The notes beneath the pieces are model-generated. The model had not been told where the DNA came from, did not search any database, and saw nothing but the letters and a program-made list of their open reading frames with translations. A DNA stretch of 64,000 nucleotides from Octopus sinensis. Taxonomy: Eukaryota. A program made the translations under genes and the position numbers. Positions 63,275-64,000 of the stretch are shown here, piece after piece; position 1 is the stretch's first letter; each line of letters opens with the position of its first letter. The DNA lies in NCBI RefSeq assembly GCF_006345805.1, contig NW_021833743.1, forward strand, positions 1-64,000. The letters run 5' to 3'.

Positions 63275-63478
63275 ATCCGGATAAGAAGCACACTCTACGG
63301 TGCAGAGCAGTTAATATTATAATGAGAAGAGGTTTATGAGGTTACCCTGAGTTTCCCGTCCATATTTTGAAGAAGTCTTAGGCCAACAGGTATGGGGCTT
63401 GACGATACGCCGTAAGGCCAAACCCGTTATGGACGAGAAGCCCAGGGTAACACCATGAACCGGTCTCTCTCTCTCTCC

Positions 63479-63560
<82 letters not shown>

Positions 63561-63687
63561 GAGAATAGAATGGGAGAAAGCGCTAATGATCTAAGTGATA
63601 TGATATATATGTAAAAAATGTAATATATAAATAAAGATCTGTAAATATAAACCATCCGATCTTCTGATTACCTCATTTCTTCTAATA

Positions 63688-63758
<71 letters not shown>

Positions 63759-63819
63759 GAAATTTATTTACATAATATTGAGGTCTCTTTCTTTCTTTTG
63801 TTATCTTACCGTTTTACCA

Positions 63820-63853
<34 letters not shown>

Positions 63854-64000
63854 GCATTAGTTGTCTGTGTGTAACAGTAAGTTGTTTTTTTATCATGTAT
63901 ATTACCAGCAGGTCTTCACTTGGTTATCTACACAAGTACACACACATACTGTGCGTGTGTTTGTTTGAGGTAACACACGGTAAAACTGAAAACAGTCTTC

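Overview
AT-rich, microsatellite-saturated animal DNA, almost certainly intronic or intergenic. The SINE repertoire and (TA)n/(CA)n/(GA)n load suggest an octopus or other coleoid cephalopod; this is an inference, not a database result. No intact multi-exon gene could be demonstrated, and nearly all long ORFs in the track are repeat artefacts, including the three ~1000-aa ORFs from a 37-bp minisatellite. Recognisable decayed mobile elements: a Helitron with a Pif1 helicase remnant, an L1/Tx1-like ORF1 fragment, two RLE-clade 3' ends, two RTE 3' ends, a CR1 3' end, a Chapaev3-like transposase relic, a C2H2 zinc-finger relic, several MITEs and five SINE-like families. The most interesting signal is a set of short elements carrying minimal hammerhead-ribozyme (HHR) motifs of the Penelope-associated type. 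They occur as head-to-head inverted pairs. One copy has a complete core (58921-58966, minus strand), and its family is joined to a tRNA-like Pol III head. Also notable: a ~290-bp near-perfect inverted duplication, a possible ~60-bp mini-Helitron, and a candidate hydrophobic exon on the minus strand (15578-15679). Repeat boundaries are read by eye and approximate.
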